From an uncultured Bacteriovoracaceae bacterium (GTDB lineage Bacteria; Bdellovibrionota; Bacteriovoracia; Bacteriovoracales; Bacteriovoracaceae), in the NCBI GenBank assembly GCA_964012805.1, contig CAXGUD010000020.1, forward strand, positions 12,090-76,089: DNA of 64,000 bases, read 5' to 3'. Position numbers and translations under genes: made by a program. The notes beneath the pieces were generated by a model that worked only from the letters and a program-made list of their open reading frames with translations, ran no database searches and was not told where the DNA came from. Of this stretch, positions 38,910 through 47,709 are shown piece by piece (within the stretch, counting starts at the first letter, position 1; the number at the start of each line of letters is the position of its first letter).

Positions 38910-39443
38910 TTAGTTTCTTTTTGGCCGTGCTATGACTGCCGCTCCAACCAAAGCTCCCAATAATAAAACTGAACTGATTTCAAACGCAAGTACATGGTCA
39001 CTTACTAAAAGCATCCCTATCTTTTCTACTGTTTTATCAAAAGCCATTGTGGAATTTACCGGTTCAGCTTCAAAAATTTTAGGCAATAACCTATAGATGA
39101 CGATATAGGAAGCCAATATTGCACTTATCCCACCAGCAACATATGTCCCAACACTTCCCATCATAGGAGTCTTTTCGATACCAAAACGATTCGACTTTTG
39201 CGAATCCGCACCACCAGTTAACATAACTGCAAAAACCATTAGGATTACTACACCACCTACATAAACTACTAACTGTGTTGCTGCTACAAAGTCAGCTCCT
39301 AGAGTCAGATACAACCCCGCAACACCAATTAAACTCATGAGCAGATAAACACATGCGTGCATAATATTTTTGGTTACAACCACACCCACTGCTCCAAGAA
39401 CTGAGAAAAGAGCAGATACTAAAAATAAGATATTTCCAAACAC
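38910..39443 (-). CDS. nuoJ: NADH-quinone oxidoreductase subunit J
   Basis: QLVVYVGGVVILMVFAVML and FEISSVLLL. Confidence 0.95.
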   Translation of the reverse strand: MFGNILFLVSALFSVLGAVGVVVTKNIMHACVYLLMSLIGVAGLYLTLGADFVAATQLVVYVGGVVILMVFAVMLTGGADSQKSNRFGIEKTPMMGSVGTYVAGGISAILASYIVIYRLLPKIFEAEPVNSTMAFDKTVEKIGMLLVSDHVLAFEISSVLLLGALVGAAVIARPKRN

Positions 39444-39464
39444 TTATTTCCCCTTTAATTCTCT

Positions 39465-40622
39465 TTAATGCCCACCGCCAGTGGCTGCTGCACCACTCTT
39501 AAAAAGAAGCTCAAACAATGACTTCCCTTCGAAACCATATAACCAAAAGCCCGTACCAATTAAGTTAAATATTGCAATTGGAGTTAAATATTTCCAACAC
39601 AGAGTCATTAAGTGGTCAACTCTCAACCTTGGAAGCGTCCAACGAAACCAAATGACAACGTAGTAAAGGACGAGGGTCTTACTGAAGAAGGCTCCTAATT
39701 GAAGAAACTGTCCTAAAATCCCGTCACCACCTAAACCAAAAGGAACGTTATATCCACCAAGAAATAGTGCTACGGCAACACCAGCCACAACAAAAACTTC
39801 TATATATTCAGCTAATGCAAAAAAAGCAAATCTCATACCGGAATATTCAGTGTGGTAACCAGATACGAGTTCCGATTCAGCCTCTGGAAGGTCAAAGGGA
39901 GCTCTGTTTGTTTCAGCTAAACCCCCTACGAAAAAAACGAAAAATCCTATAAAAGTAAAAGGGTTGTGAAAAATAAACCATCCCTGTGGAAAACCGGTTT
40001 GAGCTTCAATAAGAGTTGTAAACGAAAGGCCTCCAGCCAGAAGGACGCAGCTTAGTGCTGAAATAACTACAGGTATTTCATAAGAAATAATTTGAGCTGC
40101 TGCCCTCATTCCTCCTAACATAGCCCACTTAGAGTTTGACGCATAACCACCAAGAAAAATACCTAAGCCTACTAAAGAGGATATACCAATCAAAAAGAAG
40201 AGGCCTATATCTAAATCTGATAAGATAAATCCACTAGAGTAGGGCACGACTGTTAAGGAACCAAGGACTCCTACCAAGCATAAGATCGGAGCCAAAGTAA
40301 ACAGGAATGTATCAGCACTCTTGGGAATTATTCCCTCTTTCATTATGAATTTTACACCATCGGCTAAAAATTGTATCAGTCCGTATGGACCAACTCGGTT
40401 TGGCCCCATCCTCATTTGGAGGTCAGCTGAGATTTTTCTCTCAGCGTAGGTACCTAAGCCACCGACTAACGCCATGACATTCACGACAATAAACGAAGCA
40501 AGAAAAAAGAACAAAAACACCATAAGTGGTTCTGCATTAAAACCAAAAGTCTCTGTCAATGCCTTGACTAAGCTTTTATACCATTCAAATTTTGCAAAAT
40601 ATGTGACTATAGTTTCGTTCAT
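39465..40622 (-). CDS. nuoH: NADH-quinone oxidoreductase subunit H
   Basis: ERK..A..Q.R.GPNRVG, AQIISYE and ETNRAPFDLPEAESELVSGY. Confidence 0.97.
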   Translation of the reverse strand: MNETIVTYFAKFEWYKSLVKALTETFGFNAEPLMVFLFFFLASFIVVNVMALVGGLGTYAERKISADLQMRMGPNRVGPYGLIQFLADGVKFIMKEGIIPKSADTFLFTLAPILCLVGVLGSLTVVPYSSGFILSDLDIGLFFLIGISSLVGLGIFLGGYASNSKWAMLGGMRAAAQIISYEIPVVISALSCVLLAGGLSFTTLIEAQTGFPQGWFIFHNPFTFIGFFVFFVGGLAETNRAPFDLPEAESELVSGYHTEYSGMRFAFFALAEYIEVFVVAGVAVALFLGGYNVPFGLGGDGILGQFLQLGAFFSKTLVLYYVVIWFRWTLPRLRVDHLMTLCWKYLTPIAIFNLIGTGFWLYGFEGKSLFELLFKSGAAATGGGH

Positions 40623-40646
40623 CTCTTTCCCTTAAGCTTTTCTTAC

Positions 40647-41066
40647 TCAACTTTCCTTTTCTTTATCTGGAGTCTGAAAACTTCTTACCCAATCTAAATC
40701 ACCTTTTCTCCAACAATAGGCAACACCAGCAATGAGGACAAAGAGGAAGATGACAATTTCAACTAAAACCAAGCCTCCCCGGCCAATTTCGTTCATTTTT
40801 TTAAAGACTGAAACGACAGGGAACATTAAAGCTGATTCGACGTCAAATATAATAAAAATAAGACCTATAACATAGAATCTCATGTTGAAGAGCGCCCAAG
40901 CATTACCTACGGGGTCCTCACCACACTCATAAGCCTGCCTTTTTAACTCTGTTGGCTTTTGTGGGCTAATTATTTTAGAGACAATCAGAGCCCCTACAAC
41001 GAGCAGCGCACCAAATGCCATAAGGATCAAAATGGGCCAATAGACGTCTAGTTTTTCTAACGCCAT
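40647..41066 (-). CDS. nuoA: NADH-quinone oxidoreductase subunit A (ATG at 41066 chosen over TTG at 41081)
   Basis: YECGEDP, FDVE and KGDLDW; GGAG RBS before the ATG. Confidence 0.96.
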   Translation of the reverse strand: MALEKLDVYWPILILMAFGALLVVGALIVSKIISPQKPTELKRQAYECGEDPVGNAWALFNMRFYVIGLIFIIFDVESALMFPVVSVFKKMNEIGRGGLVLVEIVIFLFVLIAGVAYCWRKGDLDWVRSFQTPDKEKES

Positions 41067-41112
41067 ATTTAAAATCTCCAAGATCTAGATTTAATCGATA
41101 CTACCAAAGCGA

Positions 41113-41121
41113 ATGATACCA
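41113..41121 (-). promoter_or_regulatory. Possible extended -10 element for the nuo operon
   Basis: TGGTATCAT (TGnTATnAT) about 47 nt upstream of the nuoA ATG; no clear -35. Confidence 0.35.
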
Positions 41122-41286
41122 CGTTGGAACCATAAAGAGTATTTTTTTACGAGAAGAAAATTAAAAAAAAATCATAAAAGTTTATATTTGCTGTGCAAAA
41201 TTATTAATACCCATTGCCAAAAAATTCAAATTTGTACTAATAAGAAGAATCTTTAAACCGCCAATAATGCCTCTTTTCTGGAAAAA

Positions 41287-44200
41287 ATGATGCAGTTTTT
41301 TAATTCTCTTTTACAAAAGTTCAATGAATGGGATCAAAAGTCTTTCGACAAAGAACTTAGCATTACTGGACCTTCACCGAGTCAATGGTGTTTCCTTTTT
41401 AAAAACCTTTTAACTCAAAAATATAGCCTTCTTTCTAAGAAAAACCACTTGGTTATCCTGCCTAGCGCGGATTCTGCTGAGGCTTTTTATGAAAACTGCA
41501 AAAAATTTAGCCCAGATTATTATATAGATTACTTCCCTGGATTAGAAACCAACCCGTATACAAAGATATTGTCATCTGAAAAGGATCTCTATAAAAGATT
41601 TTCTCTTTTAGATCATTCCTTAGTTTCAGAAAAAAAAACCATCCTCGTTTGCACACTAGAAGCTTTCTTCCTAAAAGTTCCTCCTCCAAGTTTTTTCAAC
41701 GAACTAAGAACTGAACTTAAATGCTCAGATATTATTTCTCCTTATGATCTATCAACTAAATTAGTATCACTGGGCTATCAACCAGCAACCTCAACTGAAG
41801 AACCAGGTACTTTTTGTCAAAAAGGTGAGATCTTCGACATATTCCCCATCTCTGATTACGCCATAAGGATTCAGTACTACGATGACATGATCGAAGAAAT
41901 TCACCACATTGATATTCAAACTCAAAAAACCATACGAAAAAGCTCAATTGAAAAAATCTTTATTGGCCCAACTCCTCAAGCACTCCTTCAAAAAGGTTTT
42001 CATTCAAAATTGAGAGAAAATATTCCAATGCCAGATGCTTCTCAAAGGGAAAAGTTTGAAACAAGAAAAAGAATCTTTTCACATTTATCTCAGAACCAAC
42101 TTTTTGAAAACTATCCTGTCTTTCTACCACTCTTTTTTAACGAAACTTCTACCATTTTAAATTACTTTAACAGAGAAGATACTGTAGTCACTTTTATTGA
42201 AAAGGAAAAATCTTTCCAATCAATATTTGAATATAAAGAGGAGTTAAGAGAAAACTTTGAAGAAGTCTCTGAAGACCAAGAAAATGACATTGTTCTTTCT
42301 CACCCCAACACCCTTTATAACTTTGAAGCCATTGACTCTTATCGTAAAATACCTTATTCAATTCAAACAAATGAGGTATCAATTTCAACAGACCTTGATT
42401 TTTCTCTACAAAATTCTATTTTATTTTCTTTCGAATCTTCAAAACAATTTATTACAAGAAATATAGGTCCCTATAAAGAAAGACGGGATTATATCTCTAA
42501 AGTTTTTAGTTTTCTAAATAACTTTTTGATTAAAGAGGGAAAAGTTATTTTTTGTTATAAGAATAATGAATCTCTAAAAGAATTCCAGTTTTTTATTAAT
42601 GAAACTAACTTTGATCAAAATCAATCGTTAACTTACCTCAAAAGTAAAATAGATGAAGGTTTTTTTTACAAAGCAGAAAGGACACTTGTTTTAGCTGATG
42701 CTGATATTTTTGGTTCCAAAAAGAAAAAGATTAAAAATGTAAGTAAGAAAAGCATTGATCTGTTTGCTGAACAGATATCAACTTTAAAAACTGGTGATTA
42801 TATAATTCACAGTAAACACGGAGTAGGGGAATACCTTGGCTTAGAGTCTATCAACATGGGTGGTAACGAAAGTGATTACCTCGTTATCAAATATGCTCAA
42901 AATGACAAAGTTTATGTTCCAGTTTACAAAATGAATTTAATTCAAAAGCATGCAGATAGTGCTTCACAAACAAAGGTTGCAAATCTAAGAAATAATAAGT
43001 TTATTCAACTCAAGTCAAGGGCAAAAAAAGCAGCGAAAGAACTTGCTTTTGATTTATTAGAACTGCAAGCTAAAAGAAAATTGACCAATGCATACTCGTT
43101 TTCAGAGCCCGACCATCATTTTAAAGAGTTTGAATTAGCATTTCCTTTTGATGAAACCCCTGATCAACTTAATGCAATCGAAAATGTATTATCGGAAATG
43201 CAAAAAAAATCTCCAATGGATTATTTGGTATGTGGAGATGTAGGTTTCGGAAAAACAGAAGTAGCCATGCGTGCAAGCTTTAAAGCAGTATTAGATGGAA
43301 AACAAGTTGCTATTTTGGTTCCAACTACCATTTTGGCTTTTCAACACTACAATTCCTTTTTACAAAGATTTAAGAAATTTCCTGTTAATATAGAGCTTTT
43401 ATCCCGATTTAAAAGTCCAAAGGAAACTAAAGAAATCAAAGAAGCACTTAAGTGTGGTAAAGTTGACATATTAATTGGAACTCACAAACTTCTCTCAGAT
43501 TCTGTAATCTACAAAGACCTGGGTTTAGTTATAGTAGATGAAGAGCAAAGATTTGGAGTAGGTCACAAAGAAAAATTAAAATTATTAAAAACCTCAGTTG
43601 ATTTTTTAACTTTAACTGCAACACCTATACCTAGAACTCTTCAATTAGCTTTTTTAGGGCTAAAAGATCTATCTCTTATTCAAACGGCTCCTCCCAAAAG
43701 GCAATCAATTAAGACCTACTTAGTTAAAGAAGACAAGAAGACCCTAAAAAAGGCGATTGAAAAGGAATTAAAGAGGGGTGGTCAAGTCTTTATTGTCCAC
43801 AATAGAGTAAGTGATATAGAAATATATGCTTCAAAAATCAAGGAACTTGTTCCAGAATCCAACATAGTATTTGCTCACGGACAAATGAAAGAAAGTGAAC
43901 TTGAAAAAAAGATGAAAGAGTTTTATTTGGGTAAATTTGATATACTCATTTCGACTACAATTATAGAATCAGGTATCGATATACCTAACGCAAATACTAT
44001 TATTATTGATCGAGCCGATACCTTCGGTTTGTCTCAACTACATCAATTAAGAGGGAGAATAGGGCGTTCTGATCGTAAAGCCTATGCCTACTTTATAATT
44101 CCTAATCAAAAAGTATTGTCTCCTATTGCGACAAGAAGACTTAAAGCTCTCCAAACCTACGCAGATATGGGTTCAGGTTTCTCTATCGCATCCTCAGACC

Positions 44201-44793
44201 TAGAAATTAGAGGAGCCGGTGATATCTTAGGCGGAAACCAATCAGGACATGTGGAAGCAGTTGGCTTAGAACTTTATATGGAACTCTTAAAAGAAGCAGT
44301 CAATGAACTTAGAGGTGAAAAAGTTTCACTTACAACTGACTTGGAGGTTACCACTCAATTCCCATCTTTTATCCCCAAATCATACATAAATGATGATGCA
44401 GAAAGATTAAAACAATATAAAAGGCTATCTAATTGTAGTACTTTAGATAACTTGGAAACCAATAAGGACATTCTAATTGATGTTTATGGAAGTTTTCCTC
44501 AAGAAGTTCAAAATCTCTTTCTCATTCTAGAATGCAGGCTAATACTTCAAAACCTTGCCATGACATCTTTTAAAATAACTGCAAAAAACATCCTGATATC
44601 TTTCGATGAAAAAATAATAAACTCTAATGAAACTCTAAGAAACAACATCGTTAGTTTTTTCATGGAAAGACCAAAAGTCTACCAATTTAATCCGAATTAT
44701 CAAGTAAACTGCTCCTTTAAAGATCAATTAAGTCAGGAAAATATTCGTGATTTTGCTCAAATTCTTTCTAATAAAATTCTGCCTACAAGCTAG
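41287..44793 (+). CDS. mfd: Transcription-repair coupling factor
   Basis: HGVG RID, CGDVGFGKTEVA, DEEQRFG, TATPIPRT, QLRGRIGR and DLEIRGAG. Confidence 0.97.
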   Translation: MMQFFNSLLQKFNEWDQKSFDKELSITGPSPSQWCFLFKNLLTQKYSLLSKKNHLVILPSADSAEAFYENCKKFSPDYYIDYFPGLETNPYTKILSSEKDLYKRFSLLDHSLVSEKKTILVCTLEAFFLKVPPPSFFNELRTELKCSDIISPYDLSTKLVSLGYQPATSTEEPGTFCQKGEIFDIFPISDYAIRIQYYDDMIEEIHHIDIQTQKTIRKSSIEKIFIGPTPQALLQKGFHSKLRENIPMPDASQREKFETRKRIFSHLSQNQLFENYPVFLPLFFNETSTILNYFNREDTVVTFIEKEKSFQSIFEYKEELRENFEEVSEDQENDIVLSHPNTLYNFEAIDSYRKIPYSIQTNEVSISTDLDFSLQNSILFSFESSKQFITRNIGPYKERRDYISKVFSFLNNFLIKEGKVIFCYKNNESLKEFQFFINETNFDQNQSLTYLKSKIDEGFFYKAERTLVLADADIFGSKKKKIKNVSKKSIDLFAEQISTLKTGDYIIHSKHGVGEYLGLESINMGGNESDYLVIKYAQNDKVYVPVYKMNLIQKHADSASQTKVANLRNNKFIQLKSRAKKAAKELAFDLLELQAKRKLTNAYSFSEPDHHFKEFELAFPFDETPDQLNAIENVLSEMQKKSPMDYLVCGDVGFGKTEVAMRASFKAVLDGKQVAILVPTTILAFQHYNSFLQRFKKFPVNIELLSRFKSPKETKEIKEALKCGKVDILIGTHKLLSDSVIYKDLGLVIVDEEQRFGVGHKEKLKLLKTSVDFLTLTATPIPRTLQLAFLGLKDLSLIQTAPPKRQSIKTYLVKEDKKTLKKAIEKELKRGGQVFIVHNRVSDIEIYASKIKELVPESNIVFAHGQMKESELEKKMKEFYLGKFDILISTTIIESGIDIPNANTIIIDRADTFGLSQLHQLRGRIGRSDRKAYAYFIIPNQKVLSPIATRRLKALQTYADMGSGFSIASSDLEIRGAGDILGGNQSGHVEAVGLELYMELLKEAVNELRGEKVSLTTDLEVTTQFPSFIPKSYINDDAERLKQYKRLSNCSTLDNLETNKDILIDVYGSFPQEVQNLFLILECRLILQNLAMTSFKITAKNILISFDEKIINSNETLRNNIVSFFMERPKVYQFNPNYQVNCSFKDQLSQENIRDFAQILSNKILPTS

Positions 44794-44871
44794 TTTTTTA
44801 ACTTCTTTTTAAAGTTATAATCACCACTCTCGAAATGCTTATTATACATAAGCGGAGAATAAGGAAATATC

Positions 44872-45711
44872 ATGGCCATTATTAAAAATTATCTTTTTTT
44901 TCATTTGTTAGTTTTTTTAAGCTCCACCTATTGTTTCGGACAAGAAAAAAGTATTGATGCCAATAAAACGATCGCTGTCGTTAATGGTACTAATATTACC
45001 CATGCTGAACTAGAAAGTGCATATATCCAGAGATTAAGAGTTGTAACAACTCAAGAAGTATCTCGAAAAAAGGTTTTAAATGATTTAATAAATCGAAGAT
45101 TGGGAATTGAAAAAGCTAAGAAAAATCAAATTGAAAAAAACCCAGTGATTAAAGGGAAAATTGAAGATATTCTCTTTCATGCTCAAATATCCAAAGACCT
45201 AGAAAAAAGCCTTAAAAAAATCCAAGTTAAAGAAGATGACATCAAAAAGTATTATAAAGAAAACCCTGAATACAGAACTGCCCATATACTTCTTAGAGTA
45301 AGGGTAAAAAAAACCAAGGTAGAAGCAAAAGCGGCTTTAGCTCAATCTCTTAAAGTTTTTAAGGAAGTAAAAAAAGATCCAAATAAATTTTCTGAATTGG
45401 CCAATAAGTACTCCCAAAGTATTTCTTCTGAAACTGGAGGCGACATGGGTTTTCAACCTGCATCGCAACTAGCCCCAGAGTATTTTAAAGCTATCAAGGG
45501 TAAAAGTGTTGGCTACATTAGCCCTCCAGTGAGGACCCAATTTGGCTATCATATTATTAAAGTTCTAGCTGCAAAAAGTTATGAGAAAATTAATAAACCT
45601 TTATACAGTAAATTGGTGTTTGACTCTAAGCGAGACATCGTTATCCAAAAATATTTTGAAAAAATGAGAAATAATGCTTCTATTGAGATTAAAACAAAAA
45701 AACTTCAATAG
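44872..45711 (+). CDS. Exported PpiC/parvulin-type peptidyl-prolyl isomerase
   Basis: Signal peptide; TAHIL, GGDMG and PVRTQFGYHII. Confidence 0.9.
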   Translation: MAIIKNYLFFHLLVFLSSTYCFGQEKSIDANKTIAVVNGTNITHAELESAYIQRLRVVTTQEVSRKKVLNDLINRRLGIEKAKKNQIEKNPVIKGKIEDILFHAQISKDLEKSLKKIQVKEDDIKKYYKENPEYRTAHILLRVRVKKTKVEAKAALAQSLKVFKEVKKDPNKFSELANKYSQSISSETGGDMGFQPASQLAPEYFKAIKGKSVGYISPPVRTQFGYHIIKVLAAKSYEKINKPLYSKLVFDSKRDIVIQKYFEKMRNNASIEIKTKKLQ

Positions 45712-45787
45712 ACACACCTTGCAAATATAGGTGAAAATAGGTATTTTACTGCTCTGAAGAATAACCTCCTTTACCCAAGGTTAATCA

Positions 45788-46753
45788 ATGAGCAAGCAAT
45801 ACTATTTTTTTAAACTTTTAAGTTTAAGCTTCTTGTCTTTTTCGATACTTACTTCATTAAAATCAGAGGCAGTTTTAATTGATAAGACTCTAGCAATTTT
45901 CAATGAACAAATTATAACTCAATCAATGACTCAAAGGGTACGTGATACATACGAAACAAGAAAATTTCTCGCCCCACATATCTATACAAATGATACCTCC
46001 AAACCCAACTATTTTATTGATCTTATTATTAATCGATTTCTCATTAGGGACAAACTCAAAAAAGCTGGTATCGAAATTTCAGACAGAGCAGTGGATGACA
46101 GAATCAACATGATTAAAAGTAACTTCAAACTAAATCATGATCAACTTCTTTCTTTTCTAGATAACAAAGGAATTTCTTATAAGGAATATTTTGAAGTAAT
46201 GAGAGAAGGTATTGAATACCAGCAGTTTTTTTTAAAACATATTACCCCGTTAGTGAATGTTAGCGACCAAGAACTTAAAAATTTATTTATTAAAAAACAA
46301 TCCACAAATAAAACAATCTCTTTTAGTTACTACCTGGTTAGTTATTCTTTTCAATCAAAAACAGAAAGTACCGTTAATAAGAAAAAGCTTTTAGACGTCA
46401 TTAAAAAATATCATACGACAGGAATACTTCCTAGCAGCTTTTCAAACTTGGAAAAACTGGACCTTGGTGATTTAAATGAAGAAGCATTAAGTAAAAATAT
46501 TCAAACAATACTTAAACCCCTAGGAGAAGGAGAGTTTTCCTTTCCTTATTATAGCAATGGTAAACTTACTTCTTTTTTTATTAAAGAGAAAAACCTTAAA
46601 GAAAGCAATTCCTTTAAAAACAGTAAGAAAGTATTAAAAGAAGAATTATTTGGAAAGAAATCAAAAAAAGTAATGACTTCTTGGATAAAAAGGGAAAGAA
46701 ACCAATATCATATTAAATATTTTCTCAACCCTTTAAAAGTAAAAAGCAAATGA
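45788..46753 (+). CDS. SurA-like periplasmic chaperone (SurA N-domain, degenerate PPIase)
   Basis: Signal peptide; IDKTLAIFNEQIIT and GIEISDRAVD; upstream of pdxA, as in surA-pdxA operons. Confidence 0.75.
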   Translation: MSKQYYFFKLLSLSFLSFSILTSLKSEAVLIDKTLAIFNEQIITQSMTQRVRDTYETRKFLAPHIYTNDTSKPNYFIDLIINRFLIRDKLKKAGIEISDRAVDDRINMIKSNFKLNHDQLLSFLDNKGISYKEYFEVMREGIEYQQFFLKHITPLVNVSDQELKNLFIKKQSTNKTISFSYYLVSYSFQSKTESTVNKKKLLDVIKKYHTTGILPSSFSNLEKLDLGDLNEEALSKNIQTILKPLGEGEFSFPYYSNGKLTSFFIKEKNLKESNSFKNSKKVLKEELFGKKSKKVMTSWIKRERNQYHIKYFLNPLKVKSK

Positions 46754-47685
46754 TTCTAGTTACACAAGGCCATGAAAATTCTATTTCTATAGAAGTATTT
46801 TTAAAAAGTTTTCTTCTCTTATCACCACCAGAGCAAAAGAATATCCTTTTTTTTGTTTTCAAAGAGTCTCTTGAAAAAACTTTAAACTTACTGAAACTGA
46901 ATTATACCTTCTCTAATAAATCTGTTCTTATTGGTCAATCTCTTCTTAAGTGTTCTTTTTTAGAAAAGGTTGCAGTGCCTGAGTCAAGTGTGGCATTAAT
47001 AGAAGCGATAAAATTTATAAATAATGAAAAGGACATATTATTAACCCTTCCAACCTCAAAAGATCAACTTTACTTTGAAAGAAAACTTGTAAAGGGTCAT
47101 ACAGAGTTTTTAAGAAGCTATTTTAAAAAAGAAAACTTATCAATGGTTTTCTCTGCAAATAATGAAAATATATTATTAATTTCAGATCACATCCCTCTAA
47201 GTCAAGTTTCCAAGTTCATAAAATCCAACGTTATTATAGAAAAAGTTTCTGATTCAATTGTCCACTTCAAACAATACTTCGGCCCTATAACTGAAGTTTT
47301 TATTTCAGGACTAAATCCACATGCAGGTGAAAATGGACTTCTTGGGGAGGAAGAACAAGAAATACAAACCGCTATAGCGAATCTTAAAGACATCTTCCCT
47401 CATATAAAATTTGAAGGACCAATCCCTGGCGATGGAATTCACCTTAAAAAAACTAAAAAAGAAGCTCATCAACTCTACGTTTATATGTACCATGATCAAG
47501 GGCTATCTCCCTTCAAACAAAAACATGGCTTAGTTGGACTTCATATGACTTTTGGCCTCCCTTTTCTACGAATGAGTGTTGATCACGGAACAGGCTTTGA
47601 CATTTATGGAAAAAGAAAAGCGAATCCCATTGGTTGCTACCATCTTCTAAAAAAATCACTTAATATTCAAAATAAACTTCTCTAA
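46750..47685 (+). CDS. pdxA: 4-hydroxythreonine-4-phosphate dehydrogenase PdxA family
   Basis: GHTE, GLNPHAGE, MYHDQGL and SVDHGT. Confidence 0.92.
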   Translation: MILVTQGHENSISIEVFLKSFLLLSPPEQKNILFFVFKESLEKTLNLLKLNYTFSNKSVLIGQSLLKCSFLEKVAVPESSVALIEAIKFINNEKDILLTLPTSKDQLYFERKLVKGHTEFLRSYFKKENLSMVFSANNENILLISDHIPLSQVSKFIKSNVIIEKVSDSIVHFKQYFGPITEVFISGLNPHAGENGLLGEEEQEIQTAIANLKDIFPHIKFEGPIPGDGIHLKKTKKEAHQLYVYMYHDQGLSPFKQKHGLVGLHMTFGLPFLRMSVDHGTGFDIYGKRKANPIGCYHLLKKSLNIQNKLL

Positions 47686-47709
47686 TTTCCTCAATGGACT
47701 TTTATTTTT

